Of a DNA stretch of 46,226 bases, positions 1 through 8,370 are shown in pieces. The notes below the pieces were generated by a model. That model saw only the letters and a list, made by a program, of their open reading frames with translations, was not told the DNA's origin and ran no database searches. Both the position numbers and the translations under genes were made by a program. Position 1 is the first letter of the stretch. Each line of letters opens with the position of its first letter. This DNA is from an uncultured Phycisphaeraceae bacterium (GTDB taxonomy: Bacteria; Planctomycetota; B15-G4; JADJEK01), in contig CAZOLL010000001.1 of assembly GCA_964580365.1 (NCBI GenBank), positions 1 to 46,226 of the forward strand, in the 5' to 3' direction.

Positions 1-55
1 GCCCGGACGACAGCGGTGACACGATGGAGGTTCACTGCCGCGTCGACCGCGTGCG
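1..55. repeat. Terminal direct repeat, copy 1 (circular-closure overlap)
   Basis: Bases 1-55 are identical letter for letter to 46172-46226. The frame of the edge gene is preserved across the junction. Confidence 0.95.
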
Positions 56-764
56 GCTGATCGGGGACGACACGGTCGAGGTCGACGACGACAAGACCGA
101 GCGCGACGTCGAGAAGGCCGCGTCGGCCGAGGACCACCTGCAACTGCTGTTCAACTGCGTGGCCGCGGCGAGCTTCTTCAACCGGCCGAACGTGGTGGGG
201 AACATCCTGTACGTGCGGCGGGGCGACCGCGGCTTCGACCCGGTCGAGATCAAGGGCGTCGACGAGATCAACGCGGTCATCGAGAAGGTGAAGGCGGTGT
301 GCTGGCGCGCGATCCGCGAGTCGCGCAAGCCGGCGGAGAAGCGCGAGTGCCGCGTGAACGACAAGTGCCGCTACTGCGGCGGGCGCTCAATCTGCCCGAT
401 CGCGGGGCAGGACTTGAAGCTCGCGCTCACCAGCTTGAACGGCGGGCCGCTCGTCGTCGACGAGAAGACGCTGCCGAAGATCGACGGGCTGATCAAGCTG
501 GCCGAGTCGTTCGTCGAGCAGGGCAAGGAGGCGAAGAAGGCGTTCCTGCGCGCGTACGGCAAGCCGGTGCCCGACGGCCTCGGCCGCGAGTTCGTGCTAC
601 GCGAGGAGTCGCGCGCGAAGAACATCAACGCCGAGGGCATCCGCGCCGCGGCGGTGAAGCTCAAGATCGACGATGCGGTCGTCGCCGAGCTGGTCGCGGA
701 AGTCGAGCGCACCCGCGGCCGGTCGGAGTTCGAGCAGGTGCGCCTCATCAACAAGAAGAGCTGA
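3..764 (+). CDS. Cas4/RecB-family PD-(D/E)XK exonuclease, C-terminal part (same gene as 45874..46226)
   Basis: Contains VDRV...VEVDDDKT (a D..D/ExK motif), a QLLF motif, and a Cys cluster C-x5-C-x2-C-x5-C (CRVNDKCRYCGGRSIC) plus an upstream Cys (WPCP). GC3 is high. Confidence 0.8.
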   Translation, partial: PDDSGDTMEVHCRVDRVRLIGDDTVEVDDDKTERDVEKAASAEDHLQLLFNCVAAASFFNRPNVVGNILYVRRGDRGFDPVEIKGVDEINAVIEKVKAVCWRAIRESRKPAEKRECRVNDKCRYCGGRSICPIAGQDLKLALTSLNGGPLVVDEKTLPKIDGLIKLAESFVEQGKEAKKAFLRAYGKPVPDGLGREFVLREESRAKNINAEGIRAAAVKLKIDDAVVAELVAEVERTRGRSEFEQVRLINKKS

Positions 765-773
765 GGAGCGACG

Positions 774-944
774 ATGTCCCCACGAGGATGCACGTGCCAC
801 ATGCTCGCGTTCGATGACCCGGACGTTTGCGCCCACTGCGAGCAGAGCGACGAGGAGCGCGAACGGGCCGAGGCTGCGCTCGCGGACAAGGCGGACGACG
901 AGTACGACGATGACGCGGCGCACGGCCGCACGGGAGACGAGTGA
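774..944 (+). CDS. Small Cys-rich (zinc-ribbon-like) acidic protein, 56 aa
   Basis: GAGGAG SD 5 nt upstream of the ATG. Product MSPRGCTCH...CAHCEQSDEE. High GC3. Its stop overlaps the next start (TGATG). Not in the ORF track, which starts at 60 aa. Confidence 0.6.
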   Translation: MSPRGCTCHMLAFDDPDVCAHCEQSDEERERAEAALADKADDEYDDDAAHGRTGDE

Positions 945-1966
945 TGGCTGCCACGAGCGGGCGCTCCGAGTCGATCGCTGTCGCGCTGTCGGACCGCGCC
1001 TTCGGCTCGCTGATGACCGAGTTGAAGTTCTCGAAGGAGGACGCCGAGAACATCTTCGGCACCATCGCGAGCGCGTGCAAAACGACGGGCGAGCGGTGGC
1101 TGTACCTCCAGACGGTGAAGGCGCTCGGCGCGAACCCGTTCAAGAAGGACGTGTACGCCGTCCGCACGCGCAAGCAGGAAAACGGGCAGTGGGTCGACGG
1201 CGTCGACTTCCGCGTGAGCTACCACTACGTCACCGGCGTCACGCGCGCGGCCGGCTACGTGGTCGTGTCGGCGCAGCACTGGTCCGCGGACACGTGGGGC
1301 GGATGGGACGCCGTTGCCGGACAGCCGGTGCAGCACGTCCAGAAGCCCGGCGCGCGCGGCGTGCTGCTCGGCGCGTGGGCGCGCGCGGTGCCGATCAAGC
1401 CGGGCTGCTCTCCGATCGGCGCCTACCTGCCGCTCGACGAGATCGTGCCCATGCCGCTGTTCAAGGACCGCGTGAAGGCGTCGGTGTTCGAGTCGATCCT
1501 GGCCGGCGCGTACGGCCCGTTCTGGCACCGGATGCCCGGCCGCATGGCGGAGAAGTGCGTCGTCGCGCACGTGGGTCGCCGCGTGTGCCCCGACCTCGGC
1601 GCCGCGTACGTGGCCGAGGAGTTCGGCGAGGTGATCGACGTCGAGGCGATCGACGTGACGAAGCGCCTGCCGGAGTCGACCGAGCCCGCGGCGCCTGAGA
1701 AGCCGGCGGTCGACGCTCCGATCGACGTGGTGGCGGAGGTGAAGACGGCCGAGCCCGTTGCGCCGCCGCCCGCGCCCTCGAGCAACGCCGAGCCGACGAC
1801 GGACCAGTTGATCCTCGCCGCGCTCGAGAAGTTGAAGAACAAGGTCGGCAGCGAGAAGACCCGCATCGCGATCGACCTCGCGAAGGCCAAGGACGGCACG
1901 CCGATGCGCGGGAAGGACCTGCTCGAGTACCTCGAAGACGCCGAACGCACGATGGAGGCAAGCTGA
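944..1966 (+). CDS. recT: RecT-like single-strand annealing protein
   Basis: 340 aa directly downstream of the exonuclease. LGANPFKKDVYAV and MAEKCVVAHVGRR resemble RecT family blocks. The assignment is by eye only. Confidence 0.6.
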   Translation: MAATSGRSESIAVALSDRAFGSLMTELKFSKEDAENIFGTIASACKTTGERWLYLQTVKALGANPFKKDVYAVRTRKQENGQWVDGVDFRVSYHYVTGVTRAAGYVVVSAQHWSADTWGGWDAVAGQPVQHVQKPGARGVLLGAWARAVPIKPGCSPIGAYLPLDEIVPMPLFKDRVKASVFESILAGAYGPFWHRMPGRMAEKCVVAHVGRRVCPDLGAAYVAEEFGEVIDVEAIDVTKRLPESTEPAAPEKPAVDAPIDVVAEVKTAEPVAPPPAPSSNAEPTTDQLILAALEKLKNKVGSEKTRIAIDLAKAKDGTPMRGKDLLEYLEDAERTMEAS

Positions 1967-2370
1967 TGAACCGTGACGACGTGATCCTCGCCCTCGCGAA
2001 AAACGTGAACCCTACAGGCGAGCTTGTCGCCCCCGGCGACGAACAGGAGCGGATCATCAAGCGGAGGGCGGTGGCCGCGTGCGTCGTCGCGGTCGCCGAT
2101 GCGATCGTGGCCGAGGCGAAGCGGACTGAGCCGCCGCCGTTCACAGAGGCCGATGCCCTGGGTGGAGTGGGCGCTCGTCCTGCGCGCTGGTTCCAGGGCG
2201 ACGCCGCAACGCGAACGGCGAAGCTCGAGCTGCACGTGCTGCGCTTCACGGCAGCGGTCGGCGCCCTACTGGGCGCCATCGCCACGTCGAAGACGATCGA
2301 CATACTCAGCGACCCAGAGGTTGCGAGACGCCTTACCGCCTTGCGCGAGGTCGCGACGGAGAAGTCATGA
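1966..2370 (+). CDS. Hypothetical protein
   Basis: 134-aa ORF with high GC3 and start/stop overlaps on both sides (TGATG upstream, ATGA downstream). Confidence 0.7.
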   Translation: MNRDDVILALAKNVNPTGELVAPGDEQERIIKRRAVAACVVAVADAIVAEAKRTEPPPFTEADALGGVGARPARWFQGDAATRTAKLELHVLRFTAAVGALLGAIATSKTIDILSDPEVARRLTALREVATEKS

Positions 2371-2774
2371 GCCAGCTCGGCTACATCGGATGCACGATGC
2401 TCGGGCGCCTCACGCGCGACCCGGGACACCGCGCGAAGGACGGGGCCGACCCGGTGAACGTCGGCTGCGCGGTCAACCACACGCGCGAGCGCGTCAGCTT
2501 CTTCGAGCTGCTGCTGTGGGGCGAGCACGCCAAGACCTTCCGCGCACACGCGAAGAAGGGCGATCAGGTGCTCTTCGTCACCGAGCCGTACGTCGATTCG
2601 TGGAAGGGACAGAACGGCGAGGCGCGCAAGGAGGTCCGGTTCAAGGTGCTGCGCTGGCAGTTCACCGGCGCCGGCGAGAGGCCGCGCGAGGAACAGCCGG
2701 CCGACGCGCCGCCCGACAACCCGGCCCCGGCCGACAGCGGCTTGGACGCCACGGACCTGCTGTCTAGGATCTGA
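2367..2774 (+). CDS. ssb: Single-stranded DNA-binding protein (OB fold)
   Basis: GRLTRDP...FFELLLWGEHA...KKGDQVLFVTEPYVDSWKGQNGEARKEVRFKVL pattern, followed by a Pro-rich acidic tail. Confidence 0.7.
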   Translation: MSQLGYIGCTMLGRLTRDPGHRAKDGADPVNVGCAVNHTRERVSFFELLLWGEHAKTFRAHAKKGDQVLFVTEPYVDSWKGQNGEARKEVRFKVLRWQFTGAGERPREEQPADAPPDNPAPADSGLDATDLLSRI

Positions 2775-2819
2775 TGCCACGGCGTACCGCTGTGGCGGCG
2801 GAACGCTCCTCAACGGGAG

Positions 2820-2860
2820 GGCGAGGCCGGTTCGTTCCGGCTTCGCCTTCCCGTGTTTCA
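2820..2860 (+). terminator. Candidate intrinsic terminator or attenuator hairpin
   Basis: GGCGAGGCCGG-TTCGTT-CCGGCTTCGCC (11-bp stem with one G-U pair) followed by the T-rich TTCCCGTGTTTC. Confidence 0.45.
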
Positions 2861-2873
2861 GACGGAGGGGCGC

Positions 2874-3356
2874 ATGGGCGAGGGCACCGCACCGAAGAGT
2901 GCTTTGGGCCGCATCCAAGACTGGGTTCGGGCCGGATCGACGGTGGTGCTTGTTGCCAGCGCGGTCGCGGCGTACTTCGTCTCGCGGCATGACGTCGAGA
3001 CGCTCGCCTCGAAGTGGGACGAGGCGCAGGCCGCGGCGCTCGAGAACCAGAAGGCGACGAACACCGGGCTCGAGAAGGTCCGCGAGGCCGTCGTCGAGCT
3101 CAAGGTCGAGAACGCCAAGTTCGGCGCGCGCATCGAGAGCGCGGCGACGAGCACGGCGGCGATCGCGGCGTCCGCGGTCACGCAGACGCAGATGCAGGAG
3201 CACATCCGCGCGGCCGACCTCGAGCACAGCGCGATGAAGAAGTCGATGCAGGACCTGATCGACGCGAACAGTGCGCGCATCGAGGAAGTGAAAGGTCGCG
3301 TGGACCGCCTCGAGCGCCAACAGGACGGAGTGCGCCCACCGGGGGGAAAGAACTGA
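2874..3356 (+). CDS. N-terminally membrane-anchored coiled-coil protein (i-spanin-like architecture)
   Basis: GGAGGGG SD before the ATG at 2874. TM segment STVVLVASAVAAYFV, then a long heptad-like region. Confidence 0.65.
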   Translation: MGEGTAPKSALGRIQDWVRAGSTVVLVASAVAAYFVSRHDVETLASKWDEAQAAALENQKATNTGLEKVREAVVELKVENAKFGARIESAATSTAAIAASAVTQTQMQEHIRAADLEHSAMKKSMQDLIDANSARIEEVKGRVDRLERQQDGVRPPGGKN

Positions 3357-3359
3357 GTC

Positions 3360-3695
3360 GTGACGAGCGAGGGAGGGGGTAGGCTCCACAAGACGACGTC
3401 GGCGCTCGGGAGCGTTGTGCTCGCGGTGCTGATGATCCTCGTGCTCGTCAACGGCACGAAGCAGTCCGCGATGCTCGAGGAGCTCGCAAAGGAGATGAAG
3501 ATCATGCCCACCGCAACGATCGAGCAGCCGCAGACGTTGATGACCTCGTGGACCGACACGCTCGGGCTCTACCAGGAGATCAAGACCGCGCGCCGCAAGC
3601 TCGTGAGCGGCGAGGACGAGGCGGTCGGGGACTGGACCGCGCGGCACGACGAGGCCGTGACCGCGTGGTTGGCACTGCACCCGCGCGCGCCGTGA
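3360..3695 (+). CDS. Small membrane protein (holin-like position)
   Basis: GTG start. TM segment LGSVVLAVLMILVLV. High GC3. Confidence 0.6.
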   Translation: MTSEGGGRLHKTTSALGSVVLAVLMILVLVNGTKQSAMLEELAKEMKIMPTATIEQPQTLMTSWTDTLGLYQEIKTARRKLVSGEDEAVGDWTARHDEAVTAWLALHPRAP

Positions 3696-4057
3696 CGAAG
3701 GACTGGTGCACGCTCTGCCCGGACGGGACGTGGGGCGGCTGCTGCAAGCACCACGACTTCGCGTACCAGCATCACCACATCTCCCGCTCGCGCGCCGACA
3801 TGGACCTCGCCCGGTGCATCTGGCGTGAGGGCTTGCCGATCTTCTCGATCGTCGTGTGGATCGGCGTGCGCCTCGCCGGCTGGTGGTGGTGGCGCCAGTG
3901 GAAGCCGAGCTGCGGGTTGATCCGGCGGCATCGGCGAGCGAAGATGCTGCGTATCCACGGGAGGGACCCCAATGCTCCGCTCGCTCCTCGTCCTGATCCT
4001 CGCGTTGAACGGCTGCGCGCTCGCGTCCCGCGACGTGACGGCGACGTACAACCCTGA
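3692..4057 (+). CDS. Phospholipase A2-like protein with a C-terminal hydrophobic segment
   Basis: GTGA overlap start. GGCCKHHDFAYQ resembles the PLA2 catalytic CCxxHDxxY motif. Hydrophobic segment IFSIVVWIGVRLAGWWWW. The last roughly 86 nt overlap the next gene out of frame with low GC3. Confidence 0.5.
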   Translation: MTKDWCTLCPDGTWGGCCKHHDFAYQHHHISRSRADMDLARCIWREGLPIFSIVVWIGVRLAGWWWWRQWKPSCGLIRRHRRAKMLRIHGRDPNAPLAPRPDPRVERLRARVPRRDGDVQP

Positions 4058-4397
4058 AACGAAGGCGTTCCAGTTCCACGGGCTCAACTCGTGGATGGGC
4101 GGCCCCGTCGACGCCGAGGTCGAGATGAAGAGCGCGGACGGCAGCACGTTCAAGGGCCGGTTCGGCGCGAACGCGAATCCCGAGTCGGCGGTCGCGGCGC
4201 GCGCGCTCGATCTCCAGGCGATCATCGGGTCGCTCGAGACGGTGCGCGCCCTGGCGGCGATGTACGCGGCGTCGCAGGGAGTCCCGGTGCCGACCGCGCC
4301 GGCCACCGCAGGGGCGGGAGCTACCGGAGCTCCGCCGGCTCCTGGGGGGCCGGCATCGGCGCCGGCGAGCCAGCCCGCGAGCGCGCCCGCACGATGA
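3972..4397 (+). CDS. Lipoprotein with a Pro/Ala-rich C-terminus (o-spanin-like)
   Basis: GGGAGGG SD. Signal peptide MLRSLLVLILALNGC with lipobox L-N-G-C. Confidence 0.75.
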   Translation: MLRSLLVLILALNGCALASRDVTATYNPETKAFQFHGLNSWMGGPVDAEVEMKSADGSTFKGRFGANANPESAVAARALDLQAIIGSLETVRALAAMYAASQGVPVPTAPATAGAGATGAPPAPGGPASAPASQPASAPAR

Positions 4398-4930
4398 CCA
4401 GCGATGTTCAGCTCCGCGCCGAGCCGCTTCCGCCGACCACGAGTGTCGGCGAGGAGGTGGCCGAGCTCCTGATCCGTGGCCTGCCCGAGGTTCCCGAGCA
4501 CACGGTCAAGAAGCTCGACCGCGCGTACCTGATGTGCGTGCGCGCGCTCCCGCGCGTGTACGGGCGGATGCGCAAGGTCGCGCTCGGCTTGGAGGGCGCC
4601 GAGGACATCGACTTCGAGACGCTGATCAAGTACGTCGACATCTTCGACTCGCGCATCGGGAAGCGTGCGCGCGGCGCGGCAAAGGTCGCCGGCAACTCGC
4701 TCGCGAAGACCGTCGAGCCGGGCAAGCTCGCCGCGGGTGCGGACGCGATCCCGACGGGACTCGTGATGCGGGCGCTCGAGAAAAGCGCGAAGGCCGGGAC
4801 GGACGCGGACCGCGCGATCGAGCAGAGCAACGCGCCGGGCCGCAAGCGGAAGATCGAGACGGCGCCGGCGTCACCGCTCGGAGCGGTCGAGGGCGACGAC
4901 GAGTACGGCTACGAGAACGCAGAGCAGTAG
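4394..4930 (+). CDS. Hypothetical protein
   Basis: ATGA overlap start (MTSDVQLRAEP...). Normal composition and high GC3. Confidence 0.65.
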   Translation: MTSDVQLRAEPLPPTTSVGEEVAELLIRGLPEVPEHTVKKLDRAYLMCVRALPRVYGRMRKVALGLEGAEDIDFETLIKYVDIFDSRIGKRARGAAKVAGNSLAKTVEPGKLAAGADAIPTGLVMRALEKSAKAGTDADRAIEQSNAPGRKRKIETAPASPLGAVEGDDEYGYENAEQ

Positions 4931-4951
4931 CACGCCGATCATTCGATCTCG

Positions 4952-5176
4952 TCAGCCATGTCGGTCGGGCGCGGCAGCTCGAGAACAGGGCTCGGCGGCC
5001 GCAGGGCGTCGATCAGGGCAAGCCGCCGTGAGAATTGCGAGCGCGTCGGTGATGGCAACGAACGTCTGGGTCCCCGTTGCCCGCTCGCTGGTCGAGCCGA
5101 TCCAGCCGCTCGCCATTTGCAGCGCGGCCTTGATCTTCTCCGCCTCTTCCGGCGTGAGCGTGAGTCCTTGGCTCAC
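4952..5176 (-). CDS. Hypothetical protein
   Basis: GTGA-coupled start at 5176 ((M)SQGLTLTPEEAEKIK...). Last gene of the leftward operon. Confidence 0.55.
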   Translation of the reverse strand: MSQGLTLTPEEAEKIKAALQMASGWIGSTSERATGTQTFVAITDALAILTAACPDRRPAAAEPCSRAAAPDRHG

Positions 5177-5310
5177 GACGCACACCAAGCAGCCACGACC
5201 ATCGCGGCTCCCAAGAAACCCACCACAAACACCCTTCGCCAGTTCACGGCGAGCCCGAGAGCAACGCGCTCACGGTGCAGATCGCGAGTCCAGTCTGTGT
5301 ATGCGCTCAC
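5173..5310 (-). CDS. Small single-pass membrane protein, 45 aa
   Basis: GTGA-coupled at both ends. TM segment VFVVGFLGAAMVVAAW. Below the ORF-track size cutoff as an independent ORF. Confidence 0.45.
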   Translation of the reverse strand: MSAYTDWTRDLHRERVALGLAVNWRRVFVVGFLGAAMVVAAWCAS

Positions 5311-5717
5311 TTCGTCTCTCCATCCTGTGCCGTGCCCATCTCGGCGGGTGGGCTGGTGGGGGTGAGGGTGCGGATCTCGTCCGCCAGCGTCTTCGCCGCG
5401 AACGCGAGTGATTCCGCTTTCATCGCGGCTTTCTGATCGAGGCCGGGCTTCATCGACGCGACGTAGGCGCTGTGCGCCATGTTCTCGGCGATCGCGAGCG
5501 CCGCCTCCCTCGCCGCCTCGAATCCGCGCTGGAAGGACTCGGATTCGGCGCTCGCTATGGCACCAGCGCACAGATCGCGAGCGTCGTCGCAGTTCCCGCC
5601 GGGCCATGTCGGCTCGTGTTTGCCGGGGTGTCGGCGCGAATAGTCCTCATGGCACCGGCAGGGGAACGCTTGCTCAGCCCTCTCCTCCGGCGTCATGCTG
5701 CTGCGCTTCGGGTTCAT
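5307..5717 (-). CDS. Hypothetical protein
   Basis: 136-aa ORF with ATGA coupling to the upstream gene and normal composition. Confidence 0.65.
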   Translation of the reverse strand: MNPKRSSMTPEERAEQAFPCRCHEDYSRRHPGKHEPTWPGGNCDDARDLCAGAIASAESESFQRGFEAAREAALAIAENMAHSAYVASMKPGLDQKAAMKAESLAFAAKTLADEIRTLTPTSPPAEMGTAQDGETK

Positions 5718-6373
5718 GGGGAAGTTCCTGCGATCGGACCCGCCGGAGCGCCATCAACGCGCGAGCGCGCTTCGGCAAGCTCCGTCGCAGTGAGCGATTC
5801 ACGAAGCACGCGCAGGTAGCGCGAGGTCAGCGCCGCGCTCATCAACTTCTTCGCGCGCTCCGTCTCGTGGTACCCGATGTCTTCACACAGGTTCTTCACG
5901 CGCTCCGCGCGCCAATCGTTGCCGCTCTGCGCGACCTCGGGGCCGCGCTCGCGGAAGGAGCAGTCGAAATCCTCGGCGATGGCGAGCTGCGACAACATGA
6001 ACTCACGGAGCGGGTGCAGTTCGATCGGCGGTTGCCACGCTTCGACGCGCTCGCGCATCGCGCGGTAGAGGTCGCGCGTTGCGATGGCCTGCGCGCGGGA
6101 CTGCGCCTCGCTCGCGTTCCTCTTGGCGCACGCGGTCGCGGCGCGCTGCGCGCACTCGTCATCCGACAGCTCGGAGAGCTCGAGCAGCGCGGCGCGCACC
6201 TCGCGCAGCCGTTCGTCGTCGTAGCTCGTGTCCGCTTCGACAGTCATCGGCAGGGGCGCATCGAGCGATTCGTCCCGGCACGAAATCAAGAACGCGCGCA
6301 CGCACACGTTGGCGAAGTCGCGCAAGGTGGTGACCTTCCCGTCCGCGACGCCTGCGGTGTATCCGGTTGGCAT
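5714..6373 (-). CDS. Hypothetical protein
   Basis: GGGAG SD before the ATG at 6373 (MPTGYTAGVADGK...). An in-frame alternative ATG at 6481 cannot be excluded. Confidence 0.6.
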   Translation of the reverse strand: MPTGYTAGVADGKVTTLRDFANVCVRAFLISCRDESLDAPLPMTVEADTSYDDERLREVRAALLELSELSDDECAQRAATACAKRNASEAQSRAQAIATRDLYRAMRERVEAWQPPIELHPLREFMLSQLAIAEDFDCSFRERGPEVAQSGNDWRAERVKNLCEDIGYHETERAKKLMSAALTSRYLRVLRESLTATELAEARSRVDGAPAGPIAGTSP

Positions 6374-6483
6374 GTTGACTCCCTGACCGACGCCACGCGC
6401 GACGAAGTGCCGCGCGCCCCGCTCTTCGCGGGCGGCTCGGACGCGGCCGGGGAAAGCGCCGCGCCTCGAGCCCGCACGCATGG

Positions 6484-7470
6484 TCAGGAGCCGGAGCGAC
6501 CCTCGCTCCCGGCGTGCTCGTTGGTTCTCGACGGATCGCACAACGCGCTTTCGCACTGGCAGGTTTCGTTGACGCGGGCGCGTTCCCTGAGCGCGGCGAG
6601 ATCACTCGCGTACATCTCGGACGCCGCGTGATGGGGCGGATACTTCTCGATCGCCAGCCGCAGCTCGCGCGCGGCCTCGCGGTGCCGCCCCTCGCGCTCG
6701 AGGTTGTATGCCGCGGTGCGGTGCTCGGCGGTCGTGCGCGCGTCCGCAGCGGCGCCGATTTCCGCCGGCAGCTTCGAGCGGTAACCGCGCCAACTCCCGC
6801 CGCTCCAGGTGAAGCCGGCGGCGCGGAGCGCGTCCAGAATCGCGCGCTCCGGCTTCTCCGCGAACGTGACGGCGACGTAGTCCCCGCCCTCGATCACGAA
6901 GCCGCCGGGCGCTTCGGCCGCTCGCGCCGCGACGCCCTGCTTGCGTCGGATCGTCTCGATCCGCTCTTTGTCCTTGCGGATCGTCGCGCCGAGGTTCGAG
7001 AGCTGGTACCCCTCGAACGGCGCTTTGACGAAGGACAGGCCGACCGACGCCACGCGAGCGCGTAGCCGCTCCAGATCGAGCCCGAGCGCCGCGAGCCCGG
7101 CCGCGTCGCCCTTGCGGTACAGCGTGTTGACCTGCTTCATGCGGTCGCGCTTCGCCTCGTTCTCGCGGATGCGCTCCTCGAGTCGTTCGACCGCGTCGGG
7201 GTCGTCGTCGAAGATGGTGCGGTCCAACTGATCGGCGAGCCCGCCCGCCTTCGCGCGGTGGTGGTCGGCCATCTTCGAGTGCTCGAAACCGCGCTCCTGC
7301 GCCGCGATCACACGCGCGCGCTCGGGGATGTGTCCGGGCTGCGTGTTGAAGGCGCAGTCGCCGCGGAACGGCTCGGCCACCTTGAAGCACGCGCCCGCCT
7401 TCGCGTCGCGGCCCTCCGCCCACTCCCTGCGCTTCTCCAGCTTGCGTTGCAGTCGTTCACGTCGCGTCAT
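6484..7470 (-). CDS. DUF3560-like protein
   Basis: AGGAG SD before the ATG at 7470. MTRRERLQRKLEKRREWAEGR...GHIPERAR...HSKMADHHRAKAGGL resembles the DUF3560 family by recall. An alternative ATG lies at 7500. Confidence 0.6.
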   Translation of the reverse strand: MTRRERLQRKLEKRREWAEGRDAKAGACFKVAEPFRGDCAFNTQPGHIPERARVIAAQERGFEHSKMADHHRAKAGGLADQLDRTIFDDDPDAVERLEERIRENEAKRDRMKQVNTLYRKGDAAGLAALGLDLERLRARVASVGLSFVKAPFEGYQLSNLGATIRKDKERIETIRRKQGVAARAAEAPGGFVIEGGDYVAVTFAEKPERAILDALRAAGFTWSGGSWRGYRSKLPAEIGAAADARTTAEHRTAAYNLEREGRHREAARELRLAIEKYPPHHAASEMYASDLAALRERARVNETCQCESALCDPSRTNEHAGSEGRSGS

Positions 7471-7559
7471 CGTTCGTCGCTCCTGTGGTGCCGTGCCCAT
7501 CTCGGCGTGAGGGCTGGTGACGGTCGGGAAAGCGCCGAGACCGTCGAGCGCGCTGCGTC

Positions 7560-7799
7560 CTACCGGACGCGAACCGCAGGGGGCGGGACCTTCGCCGGCG
7601 CGGCCTCGGGCACGATCACCAGCTCGGGACCGAACATCGTCGCGCGCGTCACGCGGCGAAAGCGCCAGCCGGCGAACGTGCGCGTGAGCGAGCCGCACGC
7701 CGCATCGAGCGCGTTTCTGCGCATGTGGTCGTTCTCGGTCGCCATCATCACCGTCGCCGTGACGATCGCGGAAAGGCTCTGTGCTTCGGTCGGCGTCAT
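7560..7799 (-). CDS. Hypothetical protein
   Basis: 79-aa ORF whose start lies 2 nt after the upstream stop. Confidence 0.55.
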   Translation of the reverse strand: MTPTEAQSLSAIVTATVMMATENDHMRRNALDAACGSLTRTFAGWRFRRVTRATMFGPELVIVPEAAPAKVPPPAVRVR

Positions 7800-7801
7800 G
7801 G

Positions 7802-8011
7802 TCAGAAGTCCAGGTAAACGTCGGCGGGGTGGATTGTGTCGGGCGGCATGTCGTCCTCAGCGAGAATGCACTCGGCGGTTTCCTCGTGCACGCACGGGCC
7901 GCACACCACGCCGCCGCCGTCCAACGCTTCGGCCTCGTCCGGGTCCACCGCTTCGCCGCACATCTCGCAGCAGACCTCCGGCTCGTCCTTGGGCATCGTG
8001 TCGGGGATCAT
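7802..8011 (-). CDS. Small zinc-ribbon protein
   Basis: AAGGAGG SD. Two Cys pairs: CCEMCGE...CGPC. Confidence 0.65.
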   Translation of the reverse strand: MIPDTMPKDEPEVCCEMCGEAVDPDEAEALDGGGVVCGPCVHEETAECILAEDDMPPDTIHPADVYLDF

Positions 8012-8370
8012 CGCGCCTCCTTGATCGCTCGCGCATCGCGGCGCGCCTGGACGCCCGGGATCTTCGCGCACAGCGGCTCGGTGCAGTTCTCGTCGTCGTG
8101 CTCGCGCTCGAACGTCGCGGGGTCTTCGGTGCCTTCCACCAGGATCGAAACCTCGTCCTGACAGGCCGAACAGAAGTAGACGCCGCGCCAGTCGCCGAAG
8201 ACCTCGAAGTTGAGCGACGTCGTCAGCTCGTCGACCACGTCGACGCAGCCGCAGTCCGCGCAGCGGTTCAGGTCGGACCGCTTCGCGGCCTCGGCGCGCC
8301 TGCGCACAGCGACCGCGAGTGCTTCGCGCAGGTCTTCGACGGCCTCGTCCAGCTCTTCGAAGGTGCTCAT
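8008..8370 (-). CDS. Hypothetical Cys-rich protein
   Basis: GGAGG SD before the ATG at 8370 (MSTFEELDEAVEDL...). CADCGC...CSAC. ATGA coupling downstream. Confidence 0.65.
   Translation of the reverse strand: MSTFEELDEAVEDLREALAVAVRRRAEAAKRSDLNRCADCGCVDVVDELTTSLNFEVFGDWRGVYFCSACQDEVSILVEGTEDPATFEREHDDENCTEPLCAKIPGVQARRDARAIKEAR

Noticed and set aside
2785-2800. GTACCGC heptamer after the ssb stop codon as another operator copy
   Set aside because: Only the 7-mer is present. There is no partner half-site and no -10-like box.
1461-4079. 872-aa minus-strand ORF across the early operon
   Set aside because: Same artefact: R/P/A/S-rich translation, no SD, and antisense to coupled plus-strand genes including SSB and the lipoprotein gene.
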